Made by a program: the position numbers and the translations under genes
Notes under the pieces: generated by a model
Databases searched by the model: none
Told to the model about the DNA's origin: nothing
The model's input: the letters and a program-made list of their open reading frames with translations, nothing else
From: an uncultured Gammaproteobacteria bacterium
GTDB lineage: Bacteria; Patescibacteriota; Microgenomatia; Levybacterales; GWA1-39-11
Direction: 5' to 3'
NCBI GenBank assembly: GCA_964504535.1
Contig: CAZDED010000004.1
Span: forward strand, 44,115 to 108,114
DNA length: 64,000 nt
In this document: positions 9,988-20,092 of the stretch, in pieces
Layout: each line of letters opens with the position of its first letter
Numbering within the stretch: the stretch's first letter is position 1

Positions 9988-12684
9988 ATGCCGAATATAC
10001 AGTTAGTGGAGGAAAAGGAATCAAAGCTCCCCTTGTTTTGCATATATGGTGACGAAGAATTTCTTCAACAACATCTCGTGAACCAAATTACGAAGAAATT
10101 TCGAATAATTGTTATATCTAGTAAAAAGCCCACCTTTCTTGAAACCCTCCCAGAAATATACTTCCTCACCTATCAGGATGCCACCCTGCTACCGAAGATT
10201 GAAGAGACTATTGACTACGCGCTCGTCCTGTTGGCGGGGGAAAAAGCAGCTACTTTTTTGTCCCCCGTCATGTCAAAGTTTTCACTGGACAAAACAACCG
10301 TACTTTTTACCATTGACGTATTTGCTTTAGTAAAGAATTTGGAAGTTATAAGAGAGCACAAATCCAATCCCAATGTTAGAATCTCACTTCTGGGGGAACT
10401 TCTTGTACAGAAAGAGGGAAGTCAAAAAGGGCAGCTTTCGAAAATTATTGAGAATGTATTGTCAAACCACACAATTGATCTTCACGGAGACAATCTTTCA
10501 TCCATTTATCCAATTTCTGTAAAAGACGCTATTAGTGGAATTCTTAGATTGTTGTTGGGAAATTATAAAAATGGAATTATGCATTTCTTGTTTTATAAAA
10601 ATCCCGAGACAATACTTGCATTTTCACATGTGATTGCGCGAATCGATCCTGACATAAAAATTAATTTTTCCGATGAAAAAACAAATTCACTAACTATTTC
10701 CCGAGATGAAATAAAATCAATTCTCGTGACTCGCCTTCAAATACACGATGCATATATGGATACTGCATTCGAAGGATTTGAAAAAGCGATAACACCAATT
10801 CTCGAAGGAAAGGAATTATTACAGGACACCACAAAAGAAGGCAATCTTTCAAAAAGATCTAAAAAAGCGAAAAGAAGAAAAAAATTAATAGATTCTTTTC
10901 GTTTTACAATTCTCAGCTTGTTCTTTGGCACTTTTCTTTTTCTATTCATCAATCTCTTATGTTTTGGTTTGGGCCTTCTGTACCTTAGACAAGTTGTTCA
11001 AGATATTAAGTCTGACAATTTTAGAAATGTTGAAAAGAATGCAAGAATCTCAAATTACTTTTTAGCTGCTATCAAACCTACGACAAATATTACGTTTGAA
11101 ATAATCGGAAACATTGATGCATTTCAAAAATTAACAAACTCCTACATGTTCATCCAAAAAGCGGGAGAGCTCTCACGACTCACGGGCACAACAATGATAA
11201 CACTGTTTAACGGTAATATATTATCTGAACCAATACTTGCAACACTCACCTCAAATCTTTCGTTCCTATATCAAGAAGGGCAGAGGGTTACATTAGAAAC
11301 GGGGAACAAGGATATAGCTGCAAATCTCAAGCAAACATATTCGAAGCTTCTTAGTTTATCTGAAATTCTACCAACAATTCTTGGGTTCCGTGAAGAAAAA
11401 AACTATTTATTTTTATTTCAAAATAATGAGGAACTCCGCCCAACAGGAGGATTTATTGGTTCAATTGGAGACGCAGTCGTAAAAAACGGCAAAATTGAAA
11501 GCTTAACCATTCAGGACGTATACGAACTTGATGGACAGTTAAGAAACCACATCGAGCCTCCATATATTGTTAGACGATACCTCCAACCACATTTATATCT
11601 GAGAGACAGTAATTTTTCTCTCAACTTCCAGGAGTCAGCAAGCATGTCGGCCTTTCTCTATAATCTTGAAACGGGGAAAAAACCCGATGCGGTAATAGCA
11701 GTTGATCTGGAAGTCTTGAAGGAAATCTTGAAATTATCCGGTCCTATAAAATTGCCCACCTACAATGTCACTGTAACCAGCGATACTGTTTCTGATTTCA
11801 TACAGAGTACAATAAAAGAAAATTTCTTCCCAGGATCAACACAAAAAAGGGACATTCTCAACAATCTTTTTACCCAACTCATCCTAAAAACGACAACCGA
11901 TTCGAAATTCTATATTAAGATTGCAAAACTAATTCCTGACTTATTAGAGAGAAAAGATATTCTCATTTCATTTAGCGATAACTCTGTCCAAAAAGCTTTC
12001 TCTGCAAATGGGTATGGAGGAGAGTACAAGGACAGTAGGGTTAGCAACACAAAAAACATTAATGATTTCTTATATATAAATGAGGCAAATATCGGAGCAA
12101 ATAAAGTTAATGCATATATTTCGAGAGAGGTTACGTATGAAGCTATGCTAGAACAAGGAAGGGTAGCATCAAAAGCAAAATTGCGACTTACAAACACGAG
12201 CCATATAGACGGCTACAAAGTGTACATAAAATTTGCGGTTCCAAAGGGAAGCATCTTAAAGGAAATTTCAATTAATGGGGTAAAGCAACAAACCACTTCT
12301 GCCGTTACGGATTTTAGAATATACGAAGCAAGAAACTTCAAAAAATCAGAAAAATTGGAAGTAGAGCAGTACACTAAGGACAATTTTACGTATTTTGCTT
12401 TTGTTACCGAAGTACTTAAAGCTGAAAAAGCAGATATTGAAATTACTTATGATAATGGCGTATCAAAACCACTATCAACAATTGTAGATTATTCGTTACT
12501 ATACATTAAACAACCCGGAACAAAACCCTATCAAGTAACCACCGTTGTTGATTATCCAGAAGGCTATATACCTGTAAATACTTCTGCTGATTCTTTCGGT
12601 AAAAATTTTCTCGAGCAAACAACAATTGCAACCAAAGACTTCCAGAACAAAATTGAAATTCAAAAGGCTTCTGTGCAAAAATAA
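9988..12684 (+). CDS. DUF4012-domain membrane-anchored protein
   Basis: LFQNNEELRPTGGFIGS, LRDSNFS, EANIGANKVN, KQPGT. Confidence 0.85.
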   Translation: MPNIQLVEEKESKLPLFCIYGDEEFLQQHLVNQITKKFRIIVISSKKPTFLETLPEIYFLTYQDATLLPKIEETIDYALVLLAGEKAATFLSPVMSKFSLDKTTVLFTIDVFALVKNLEVIREHKSNPNVRISLLGELLVQKEGSQKGQLSKIIENVLSNHTIDLHGDNLSSIYPISVKDAISGILRLLLGNYKNGIMHFLFYKNPETILAFSHVIARIDPDIKINFSDEKTNSLTISRDEIKSILVTRLQIHDAYMDTAFEGFEKAITPILEGKELLQDTTKEGNLSKRSKKAKRRKKLIDSFRFTILSLFFGTFLFLFINLLCFGLGLLYLRQVVQDIKSDNFRNVEKNARISNYFLAAIKPTTNITFEIIGNIDAFQKLTNSYMFIQKAGELSRLTGTTMITLFNGNILSEPILATLTSNLSFLYQEGQRVTLETGNKDIAANLKQTYSKLLSLSEILPTILGFREEKNYLFLFQNNEELRPTGGFIGSIGDAVVKNGKIESLTIQDVYELDGQLRNHIEPPYIVRRYLQPHLYLRDSNFSLNFQESASMSAFLYNLETGKKPDAVIAVDLEVLKEILKLSGPIKLPTYNVTVTSDTVSDFIQSTIKENFFPGSTQKRDILNNLFTQLILKTTTDSKFYIKIAKLIPDLLERKDILISFSDNSVQKAFSANGYGGEYKDSRVSNTKNINDFLYINEANIGANKVNAYISREVTYEAMLEQGRVASKAKLRLTNTSHIDGYKVYIKFAVPKGSILKEISINGVKQQTTSAVTDFRIYEARNFKKSEKLEVEQYTKDNFTYFAFVTEVLKAEKADIEITYDNGVSKPLSTIVDYSLLYIKQPGTKPYQVTTVVDYPEGYIPVNTSADSFGKNFLEQTTIATKDFQNKIEIQKASVQK

Positions 12685-12710
12685 GGAGATATCTCTTTTG
12701 TGATACAATC

Positions 12711-14960
12711 ATGTTTACTAAAAAACAGTACTCAAAAGCCCCAATGAAAAAAGCAAAAAAGCATTTAACCCATCCGTTCCGTATGTTTTTAAAAGTTGTT
12801 AAGAAACCATCGATACTTGTTAAAAATAAATGGCTGTTGATAAGCTATGTTCTCTTAGCAATTCCCATTACTCTAGTAGCTGTTGCGATACTTCTCGTCT
12901 TAAAAGACGTGCCGAGGGCAACAGTAATCGGAAGCAATAGCTTTCCTCAGTCAAGCAAGATCTATTCTAGAGATGGCAAATTGCTTTATACGATTTATGC
13001 AAGCAAGAATCAGACATTCGTTTCGTTAAACAGAATCCCAAAATATTTACAGCAAGCAACAATATCAATTGAAGATAAAAATTTCTATAATCACGGTGCA
13101 ATTGACATCAAGGGAATAGCCCGCGCAGCTTATGTGACTCTTTCTCATAAATCAGTTCAAGGTGGATCCACAATTACTCAGCAGCTTGTCAGAAATTCAC
13201 TTCTGACACTTGATCGAACAATCACAAGAAAGGTCAAAGAGGTATTGCTTTCGTTTGTTGTAGAATCGATTTATTCCAAAAATAGAATCTTGGAGATGTA
13301 TCTTAACCAAGTCTCATATGGTGGAACCGCATGGGGAGTAGAAGCAGCGTCACAAATTTATTTCGGCAAAGATGTCTCTAAATTAACTCTTTCAGAAAGC
13401 GCCTTTCTAGCTGGTTTACCACAGGCACCAAGCGTATATTCTCCGTTTGGTTCTCATCCTGAAAATGGGAAAGGGAGACAGCTTCAGGTTCTGCAGGCAA
13501 TGAAAGACTCAGGATACATAACGAAAGAGCAGCAGGAAAAAGCAAAGAACGAAGAACTCGTGTTTAACCAAATTCAGGATACTATAGTTGCTCCGCATTT
13601 TGTATTTTTCATCAAAGATCTTCTTGTACAACAATATGGTGAAAAAATGGTTGAGCAAGGAGGCCTTACTGTCACAACGTCTTTAGACCTTGATGTGCAA
13701 AAAATCGCTGAAGATGCGATTGCCACCGAAGAGGCAACCCTCACGGGTAAAAATTGGTATAACGCCGCAAGCATGGTAACTAGGCCAGGAACTGGGGAGG
13801 TCTTAGCCATGGTTGGGAGTAGAAATTATTTCGATACCGAAAGAGACGGGAATGTGAATGTCGCAATTTCAAAAAGGCAACCAGGATCATCAATCAAACC
13901 TATCAACTATGCGACAGGACTTATAAAAGGGTATACCGCGGCAACCCCATTTGTCGATCAAAAGACATGTTTTCCAAACCCCACTGGCGCTGCTTATTGT
14001 CCTCTCAACTATGACCTTAAGTTTCATGGTGTACAACAAATGAGATATGCTCTGGCAAATTCTTTTAATATTCCCGCTGTCAAAATGCTCAAACTAAATG
14101 GTCTTGAAGCCATGATCTCAACTGCGTCAGCAATGGGTATCAATTCATTTACTGACCCTGAAAGGTATGGACTCTCTCTGACCCTTGGTGGAGGAGAGGT
14201 AACAATGGTGGAGATGACTGAAGCTTATGGCGTATTTGCAAATTCAGGGTACAAAATTGGTCTTCATCCAATACTTAAGGTCACTGACTCGAAGGGAAAG
14301 ACGATACAGCAATATAAGCCAGTAGAAAGCCCCCTTCTGGGGAAAAAGGTTTTGCCAGATGGGGTTGCCTATATTATCTCGAATATCCTTTCTGATAATG
14401 GAGCAAGAAGCGCCTCTTTTGGAAGTAATTCCCCACTTAACATAAAAGGTCAGACAATCTCTGTTAAGACGGGTACAACAAACGACTATAGAGATAACTG
14501 GACAATCGGATACACTCCTTCTTTTGTCGTTGCTACATGGGTTGGCAACAATGACAACAAACCACTCCAGGGAGTAGTTTCAGGTGTTACAGGAGCAGCT
14601 CCGATATGGCACCAAATAATGGCAAAACTCCTAGAGGGAAAACCTGCCGAGACACTTAACAAGCCAGATAATGTTATCGGAGCGACTATTTGCTCAACAT
14701 CAGGCCTGCTGCCACAGCCTGCTGGCTCGCCATATGTATGCCCAACACGATATGAATATTTTATAAAAGGTACAATTCCAAGAACTGTTGATCCTGGACT
14801 CAAAAAAGTCTTTGTCGATAAATCAACTCAAATGCTTGCGCCGGCTGGAAAAACTGATAACGTCGAGGAGAGAGATGCCGCAATCGTAACCGATCCCACG
14901 GGGGATTCATATTGCACGACTTGTCCTCAACCTCAAGAACCTACTCCTACCCCTCACTAG
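12711..14960 (+). CDS. Class A penicillin-binding protein
   Basis: EDKNFY, GGSTITQQL, QPGSSIKP, SFN, KTGT. Confidence 0.95.
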   Translation: MFTKKQYSKAPMKKAKKHLTHPFRMFLKVVKKPSILVKNKWLLISYVLLAIPITLVAVAILLVLKDVPRATVIGSNSFPQSSKIYSRDGKLLYTIYASKNQTFVSLNRIPKYLQQATISIEDKNFYNHGAIDIKGIARAAYVTLSHKSVQGGSTITQQLVRNSLLTLDRTITRKVKEVLLSFVVESIYSKNRILEMYLNQVSYGGTAWGVEAASQIYFGKDVSKLTLSESAFLAGLPQAPSVYSPFGSHPENGKGRQLQVLQAMKDSGYITKEQQEKAKNEELVFNQIQDTIVAPHFVFFIKDLLVQQYGEKMVEQGGLTVTTSLDLDVQKIAEDAIATEEATLTGKNWYNAASMVTRPGTGEVLAMVGSRNYFDTERDGNVNVAISKRQPGSSIKPINYATGLIKGYTAATPFVDQKTCFPNPTGAAYCPLNYDLKFHGVQQMRYALANSFNIPAVKMLKLNGLEAMISTASAMGINSFTDPERYGLSLTLGGGEVTMVEMTEAYGVFANSGYKIGLHPILKVTDSKGKTIQQYKPVESPLLGKKVLPDGVAYIISNILSDNGARSASFGSNSPLNIKGQTISVKTGTTNDYRDNWTIGYTPSFVVATWVGNNDNKPLQGVVSGVTGAAPIWHQIMAKLLEGKPAETLNKPDNVIGATICSTSGLLPQPAGSPYVCPTRYEYFIKGTIPRTVDPGLKKVFVDKSTQMLAPAGKTDNVEERDAAIVTDPTGDSYCTTCPQPQEPTPTPH

Positions 14961-16197
14961 AATCGATGTTAGAAAAACAAAGTCCAACCATAATCGCAGC
15001 TAGAAGTTGACCCTGTTGTAGAGAAAGAAAATAGTGATCAAAAATTCCACAAATTCCAACACACACCACAATAATTGAAACAAACCAGTAAAAATACTCT
15101 GATTTTTTGGTGCTTAAAGATTTTCTTAAACTAAAAATTAACTTCTTTGTAAAATAAATTAAGACTATCAAACCCATAATCCCAGTCTGAGAAATCCAAT
15201 AGAGATAAATGTTATGAACAGGCTGTAACAGTATTGGACTCAGTGTTTTTTGATACAGAATTTCGCTATAGAAGAAGTTATTTAATCCCGTTCCAAAAAT
15301 AAGATTTGTAAAAAAAACTTTTAGTGCAATTTCTATTAATTCCATTCTTAATATCAAATCTCTAATAAGAGTAACCTCGAATCTTTGAAAAAGGAGAATA
15401 CATATGATAAAAAGTCCCAATAAGATTGCTAGAATACTTCTTACACCTCTTGGTTTTATTTTAAAAAGAAGAATTCCAATTAACAGCAAAATAACTATTC
15501 TTGAAAAGGTTAAGAAGATCCCAATGCCTATTGCTATTAACGCTATGATCTTAATATAGCGCGAGATTGCCCTCCGGAATTCAGTGGAAAAGAGTAACCA
15601 AACAAAAACAAACAGAAGGAAAAAGGCAACAACGTTTGGATGTGGAAACGTTCCATACGCTCTTAATATATCTACACCAGCAATTTGAAATGTTGCAATC
15701 CCTGGAGTTGATGAATTAAAAGTTCGTTCTCCCAAAAAATAAAATAGTCCTCCCAATGAATGCTGCGAGACAAACTGAAAAAAAATGATAACAGTTTCAA
15801 CTAGCGCTCCAAGGATAAAAATAAACAACACACTATCAATATCTTTTCTTTTAAAACATTGAGAAACAAATAGTCCAATGTATATAAATTCCAGAAGCTT
15901 TATAGTTCCGAAAATTGCAGCATAAATGTTTGTGGCAAAATATATCGAACCAATCAAACTAATGATAAAAAACACCCCCAATTTTGATAAAAATAGTTTG
16001 GCAAATCTTGCCCGTAAAGAACGGAATGAAACGACAAAGAGAAAAATGAAACAGATATCGCTTATGTACAAGGTGGGAGAGAGATAATCAATTCGAATTC
16101 CTTGAACGAATGAAAAGTACGGCCAGAAATGTTTACCTAATTGTATTGGGAGAGTTGCGAGTAGTGAAAAAAAAGCTATTCTTTGAAACCGGCTCAC
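14947..16197 (-). CDS. O-antigen ligase-like membrane protein
   Basis: RAYGTFPHPN, TFSR, GTGLNNF, PVHNIYL. Confidence 0.85.
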   Translation of the reverse strand: MSRFQRIAFFSLLATLPIQLGKHFWPYFSFVQGIRIDYLSPTLYISDICFIFLFVVSFRSLRARFAKLFLSKLGVFFIISLIGSIYFATNIYAAIFGTIKLLEFIYIGLFVSQCFKRKDIDSVLFIFILGALVETVIIFFQFVSQHSLGGLFYFLGERTFNSSTPGIATFQIAGVDILRAYGTFPHPNVVAFFLLFVFVWLLFSTEFRRAISRYIKIIALIAIGIGIFLTFSRIVILLLIGILLFKIKPRGVRSILAILLGLFIICILLFQRFEVTLIRDLILRMELIEIALKVFFTNLIFGTGLNNFFYSEILYQKTLSPILLQPVHNIYLYWISQTGIMGLIVLIYFTKKLIFSLRKSLSTKKSEYFYWFVSIIVVCVGICGIFDHYFLSLQQGQLLAAIMVGLCFSNIDSSEG

Positions 16198-16646
16198 TTC
16201 TTTTTGATGACTAATGTTCTGTCACGATCTTCGCCAATTGATTCTGTCATAACGTCTGCGTCTTCAGAAAGATGCATATGAAGATATCTTCTTTCCCAAG
16301 GCTTTAAACCTCTAACCTGCTTCTCATAACCTGAAGTAATTACTTCTTCTTTCAATTTATCAGCAAGCTCAGATAAATATTGTTCACGCTCAGCCCGATA
16401 GCTACCTATTTCAATGGTTGTTCTCTTAAATTCTCCTAGCTTGTTAGCAACAATAAGATTAACAATTAATTCTAATGAGGCCAGGGTGTTCCCGTGTTTT
16501 CCAATCAGAAGTGCATTATCTTCTGAGGCATCAAGAACAATTGTGTAGCCGTCATCATTGCTCTCCACATTAATGCTTGATTTAACTCCAATTTGAGAAA
16601 GTAATTTTTCTACTTCCTTTTCTATAATTTTAACTTCTTTTTCCAT
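16194..16646 (-). CDS. jag: Jag/KhpB RNA-binding protein (KH + R3H)
   Basis: LIGKHGNTL KH loop, ERRYLH R3H, downstream of yidC. Confidence 0.88.
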   Translation of the reverse strand: MEKEVKIIEKEVEKLLSQIGVKSSINVESNDDGYTIVLDASEDNALLIGKHGNTLASLELIVNLIVANKLGEFKRTTIEIGSYRAEREQYLSELADKLKEEVITSGYEKQVRGLKPWERRYLHMHLSEDADVMTESIGEDRDRTLVIKKK

Positions 16647-17490
16647 GTTTGGTTTTTTTGTCACTTACTGCTTTTATAGTTTTTTTTGCATAGAATTTTT
16701 CAGCAAACTTTTGCCATTGCTTTAGGCCACCGAGACCTACTAAAAAGTACTGCTGAAGTATACCAAAAATTGTGAAAGCATTCCAGTACAAAGAGAGTCC
16801 GAAAGGCAGTTGAAAAGAGAATACACCAATCATGATTGGGAATATAAAAAGTGATTGTTTTGCAAACGTTGCTTGAAAGTCATCTTGCTTGCCAGTTGGT
16901 GCAACTTCAGGCGCCATCATCTTTGAAAATATAAGCTGTAGCACAGCAGTTAGAGCAGGGACCAACACTATTAAAGGCATGTCTTTCATGAGATGGGAAG
17001 GGGACTGGGCGAGTGGAATTCCAAAAAAAGTTGTTTCCCAAAGACGGGTCAATTTTAACCCATCAGAATACATAAGACTATTTATTTCTTTAAGTTTTAC
17101 AATAGAATTTGCATTAACTACGGTACTTAACACATGATAAAGACCCCAGATGATAGGTATTTGAATAATGACTGGAAGACATCCCGCAGCTGGATTTACG
17201 CCAAACTCTGAGTATAGCTTCATCATTTCTTCCTGCTGTTTCTTTTTGTCATCCTTATGCTTTGCTTTTAGGTTAGAGATATGGGGAGCCATATCCTGCA
17301 TTTTCTTGCTTGTTTTGATCTGTGAAGCCGTAAAAGGGTAAAGTACTAACCTAATGATAAATGTGAGAAGAATAATCGAAAACCCTAACGCGAATGGTAC
17401 ATGAAGAAATGCAAGAAGTTGATAACATCCAACCAAAAGATTTGTAATCGGTTGAGTTAAAAGTATGGTGAAAATTGCTCCGATATCCAT
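16630..17490 (-). CDS. yidC: Membrane protein insertase YidC
   Basis: GVNPAAGCLP, LSLYW, synteny. Confidence 0.95.
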   Translation of the reverse strand: MDIGAIFTILLTQPITNLLVGCYQLLAFLHVPFALGFSIILLTFIIRLVLYPFTASQIKTSKKMQDMAPHISNLKAKHKDDKKKQQEEMMKLYSEFGVNPAAGCLPVIIQIPIIWGLYHVLSTVVNANSIVKLKEINSLMYSDGLKLTRLWETTFFGIPLAQSPSHLMKDMPLIVLVPALTAVLQLIFSKMMAPEVAPTGKQDDFQATFAKQSLFIFPIMIGVFSFQLPFGLSLYWNAFTIFGILQQYFLVGLGGLKQWQKFAEKFYAKKTIKAVSDKKTKHGKRS

Positions 17491-17491
17491 A

Positions 17492-17806
17492 TTATATGTT
17501 TATTTCTTTCAACGCTTTAACTATTGTCTCTTTAGTTTTTTCAGGTTCTGAATCGTTAATTTGTCTTTTTATAAAAAAAACTAAGTCAAATTTTTTATCT
17601 TTGGGCAAAATTTCTCTCAGTATTTCGTTAATTTGTCTCTTAATTCTATTGCGAACGACTGCCCTCTTATCGACTTTTTTCCCTACAACTACCGAACAAT
17701 GCAATTGGTCGTGATTGTTATCATACCTGATAACAAAAAGTGGTGTAGCAAAAATTCGCCTTGGCGCACCCTTCCTAAAGGAAAATCTGTGACTCCTGTC
17801 TAGCAT
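17492..17806 (-). CDS. rnpA: RNase P protein component
   Basis: KKVDKRAVVRNRIKR RNR motif. Confidence 0.95.
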   Translation of the reverse strand: MLDRSHRFSFRKGAPRRIFATPLFVIRYDNNHDQLHCSVVVGKKVDKRAVVRNRIKRQINEILREILPKDKKFDLVFFIKRQINDSEPEKTKETIVKALKEINI

Positions 17807-17937
17807 TAGAGAGTTTTACGACCCTTTTGTCTTCGTCTTTTAATAAGCTTACTGCCTCCAAGAGTCTTGAGTCTCCCCAAAAAGCCATGCTTTTTCTGTC
17901 CTTTCAGCTTGTTATTTTTTGTCATCCGTTCAGACAT
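17806..17937 (-). CDS. rpmH: 50S ribosomal protein L34 (not in ORF track)
   Basis: Manual translation MSERMTKNNKLKGQKKHGFLGRLKTLGGSKLIKRRRQKGRKTL; stop overlaps rnpA start. Confidence 0.93.
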   Translation of the reverse strand: MSERMTKNNKLKGQKKHGFLGRLKTLGGSKLIKRRRQKGRKTL

Positions 17938-18023
17938 TTCATTATTATACTGTACGGTGAACCCAAACTCAACATAACTTTTGTCCTATTGAATAAAAAA
18001 TCGTTTTCTTCTACTATGAATAT

Positions 18024-19109
18024 ATGGTTCGCGTTGCAATTAACGGCTATGGCCGCATCGGAAGAGTAGCTCACAGGATAATTATTGAGAAGTTTGGTGA
18101 TGAGATTGAGATTGTAGCGGTTAACGCTGGCTCATCAACAGACATGCAAGGGTGGATGTATTTGCTTAAATTTGACACGATGTACCATGAGCTTGTTCAT
18201 CATGCTCTTTTTATTCAAAAACCAGAAGAAGTTGAGGCAAAATATTCCTTAGAAACAATTGGAGCGCTTGTAGTTGATGAGAAAGTCATCCCATTCTTTT
18301 CAGAAAGAGATCCTTCAAAGCTTCCCTGGAGAGATTTAAATGTTGATGTAGTCATTGAATCAACCGGAGCGTTTACAACCCCTGAAAAGATTCAACCCCA
18401 TATTGATGCTGGTGCAAAATCAGTTATCCTTTCTGCCCCATTTAAAGACGAACAAAGCGCTGCTACCTATGTGCTAGGCGTAAATCTTAATAATCAAGAC
18501 GGTGAAAAACTTGAGAACGTGGTCAGTAACGCTTCTTGTACGACAAATTGCATCGCGCCTGTTGCGGCTATTATTGAAGAAACTTTTGGAATTGAAAAGG
18601 CAATGATGACGACAATTCATGGATACACATCGGACCAAAATGTGCACGATGGAGGACATAAGGACTATAGACGTGCCCGTGCGGCTGCTCAGAATATCAT
18701 CCCTACTTCATCAGGTGCCACAATAGCAGCAGCAAAGGCTATCCCCTCACTACAAGGCATTTTCAATGGGCTAGCAATTCGTGTTCCAGTTGCAGTAGGG
18801 TCTCTATCTGACTTTACATTTTTACTTAAAAGAGATGTCACTGTTGATGAGGTAAATGGGGCACTCAAACAAGCTTCTGAAAATCCTCGCTGGAAGGGCA
18901 TATTTACTGTTACTAACGATCCATTAGTATCAAGTGATATAATCGGTAATTCACACTCCTCTATAGCTGATTTGTCGCTAACACAGGTAGTTGCAGGAAA
19001 TATGTTAAAAATAATTGCATGGTACGACAATGAATTTGGGTATTCTAATAGACTCGTTGAAGAGACTCTAATTCTAGGTCGCAAAGCACAAGGAACTCCT
19101 CAAAGTTAA
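18024..19109 (+). CDS. gapA: Type I glyceraldehyde-3-phosphate dehydrogenase
   Basis: AINGYGRIGR, NASCTTNC, WYDNE. Confidence 0.97.
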   Translation: MVRVAINGYGRIGRVAHRIIIEKFGDEIEIVAVNAGSSTDMQGWMYLLKFDTMYHELVHHALFIQKPEEVEAKYSLETIGALVVDEKVIPFFSERDPSKLPWRDLNVDVVIESTGAFTTPEKIQPHIDAGAKSVILSAPFKDEQSAATYVLGVNLNNQDGEKLENVVSNASCTTNCIAPVAAIIEETFGIEKAMMTTIHGYTSDQNVHDGGHKDYRRARAAAQNIIPTSSGATIAAAKAIPSLQGIFNGLAIRVPVAVGSLSDFTFLLKRDVTVDEVNGALKQASENPRWKGIFTVTNDPLVSSDIIGNSHSSIADLSLTQVVAGNMLKIIAWYDNEFGYSNRLVEETLILGRKAQGTPQS

Positions 19110-19115
19110 TTATTT

Positions 19116-19685
19116 ATGAATCCAAAAGATCTTGGCTCTATCCGAAATATTACCATTTCTGGAAGAATAGGGAGTGGAGCAACAACCCTTGCTGCGCATC
19201 TTGCTGAAACATTGCATTGGGAAATGCTTGATGGTGGGAAATTGTTTCGTGAATTTACAAAAGATAATGGATTTGCAAAAGACCGATCAGATCAATTTGA
19301 CCTCGATTATGAAGAGAAGGTAAAAAATAAGTTGAGAAATGAGTCTCATAACATAATTCAAAGTCACCTTGCTGGATTTGATGCCCAAGGAATTGAGGGA
19401 ATATTTAAAATTTTTGTAGTAGTTGAGGAGGACGGCATAGACAAAACAGACGTAAGAATTGACCGATTGGTAAACAGGGACGGAATGCATGTAGAAGATG
19501 CAAAAAATGAAGTAAAAGAACGTGATATTCAAAACCTCGACAAATGGAGAAGACTGTATGCAAATAGTGATCCGAATTGGTTTTATTGGGATAAAAAATA
19601 TTATGACATCATCATAAACACTTTTAAGCTTAATCAGTCAGACGCACTCGCTACCGTTCTTGAGGCAATCGGTTATTCTAGTTAA
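19116..19685 (+). CDS. Cytidylate kinase-like protein (archaeal-type)
   Basis: ITISGRIGSGATT P-loop, GKLFRE, YDIIINT. Confidence 0.8.
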   Translation: MNPKDLGSIRNITISGRIGSGATTLAAHLAETLHWEMLDGGKLFREFTKDNGFAKDRSDQFDLDYEEKVKNKLRNESHNIIQSHLAGFDAQGIEGIFKIFVVVEEDGIDKTDVRIDRLVNRDGMHVEDAKNEVKERDIQNLDKWRRLYANSDPNWFYWDKKYYDIIINTFKLNQSDALATVLEAIGYSS

Positions 19686-20047
19686 AATCCAGACACATTT
19701 TCTAAATGTTCGATTGATAAGACTTCATTTCCCCACACCATAACCCCAATTGCATCAATTCTCATTTCGTCCGGTAAATGCGGGTGGAGTATATATTTAT
19801 AAAAGTTTGCTCCTTTAATAAGAAGCTTCAATTTGTGAGCGGAAATGGCCTCAAAAGGAGTCCCATACTTGCTTGAAGATCGAGTTTTAACTTCAACAAA
19901 CACTAAGGTTTGGCCATTTAGAGCGATGATATCAATTTCCCCATATCCCTTCCTAAAATTACGCTCTAGAATTCTATACCCCTTCTTTACTAGAAATTTA
20001 CAGGCTTCGTCTTCTCCAAAAACTGCCGTTGGATTAGTAATTCTCAC
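19682..20047 (-). CDS. YraN family nuclease
   Basis: GEIDIIA, VFVEVKTR, RIDAI. Confidence 0.92.
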   Translation of the reverse strand: MRITNPTAVFGEDEACKFLVKKGYRILERNFRKGYGEIDIIALNGQTLVFVEVKTRSSSKYGTPFEAISAHKLKLLIKGANFYKYILHPHLPDEMRIDAIGVMVWGNEVLSIEHLENVSGF

Positions 20048-20092
20048 ATCTCCATTCTACTAACTTCTAACTATTAACTACTAGATAACAAT

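Noticed and set aside
17827-18069. 80-aa plus-strand ORF
   Set aside because: Overlaps rpmH on the opposite strand and the gapA start
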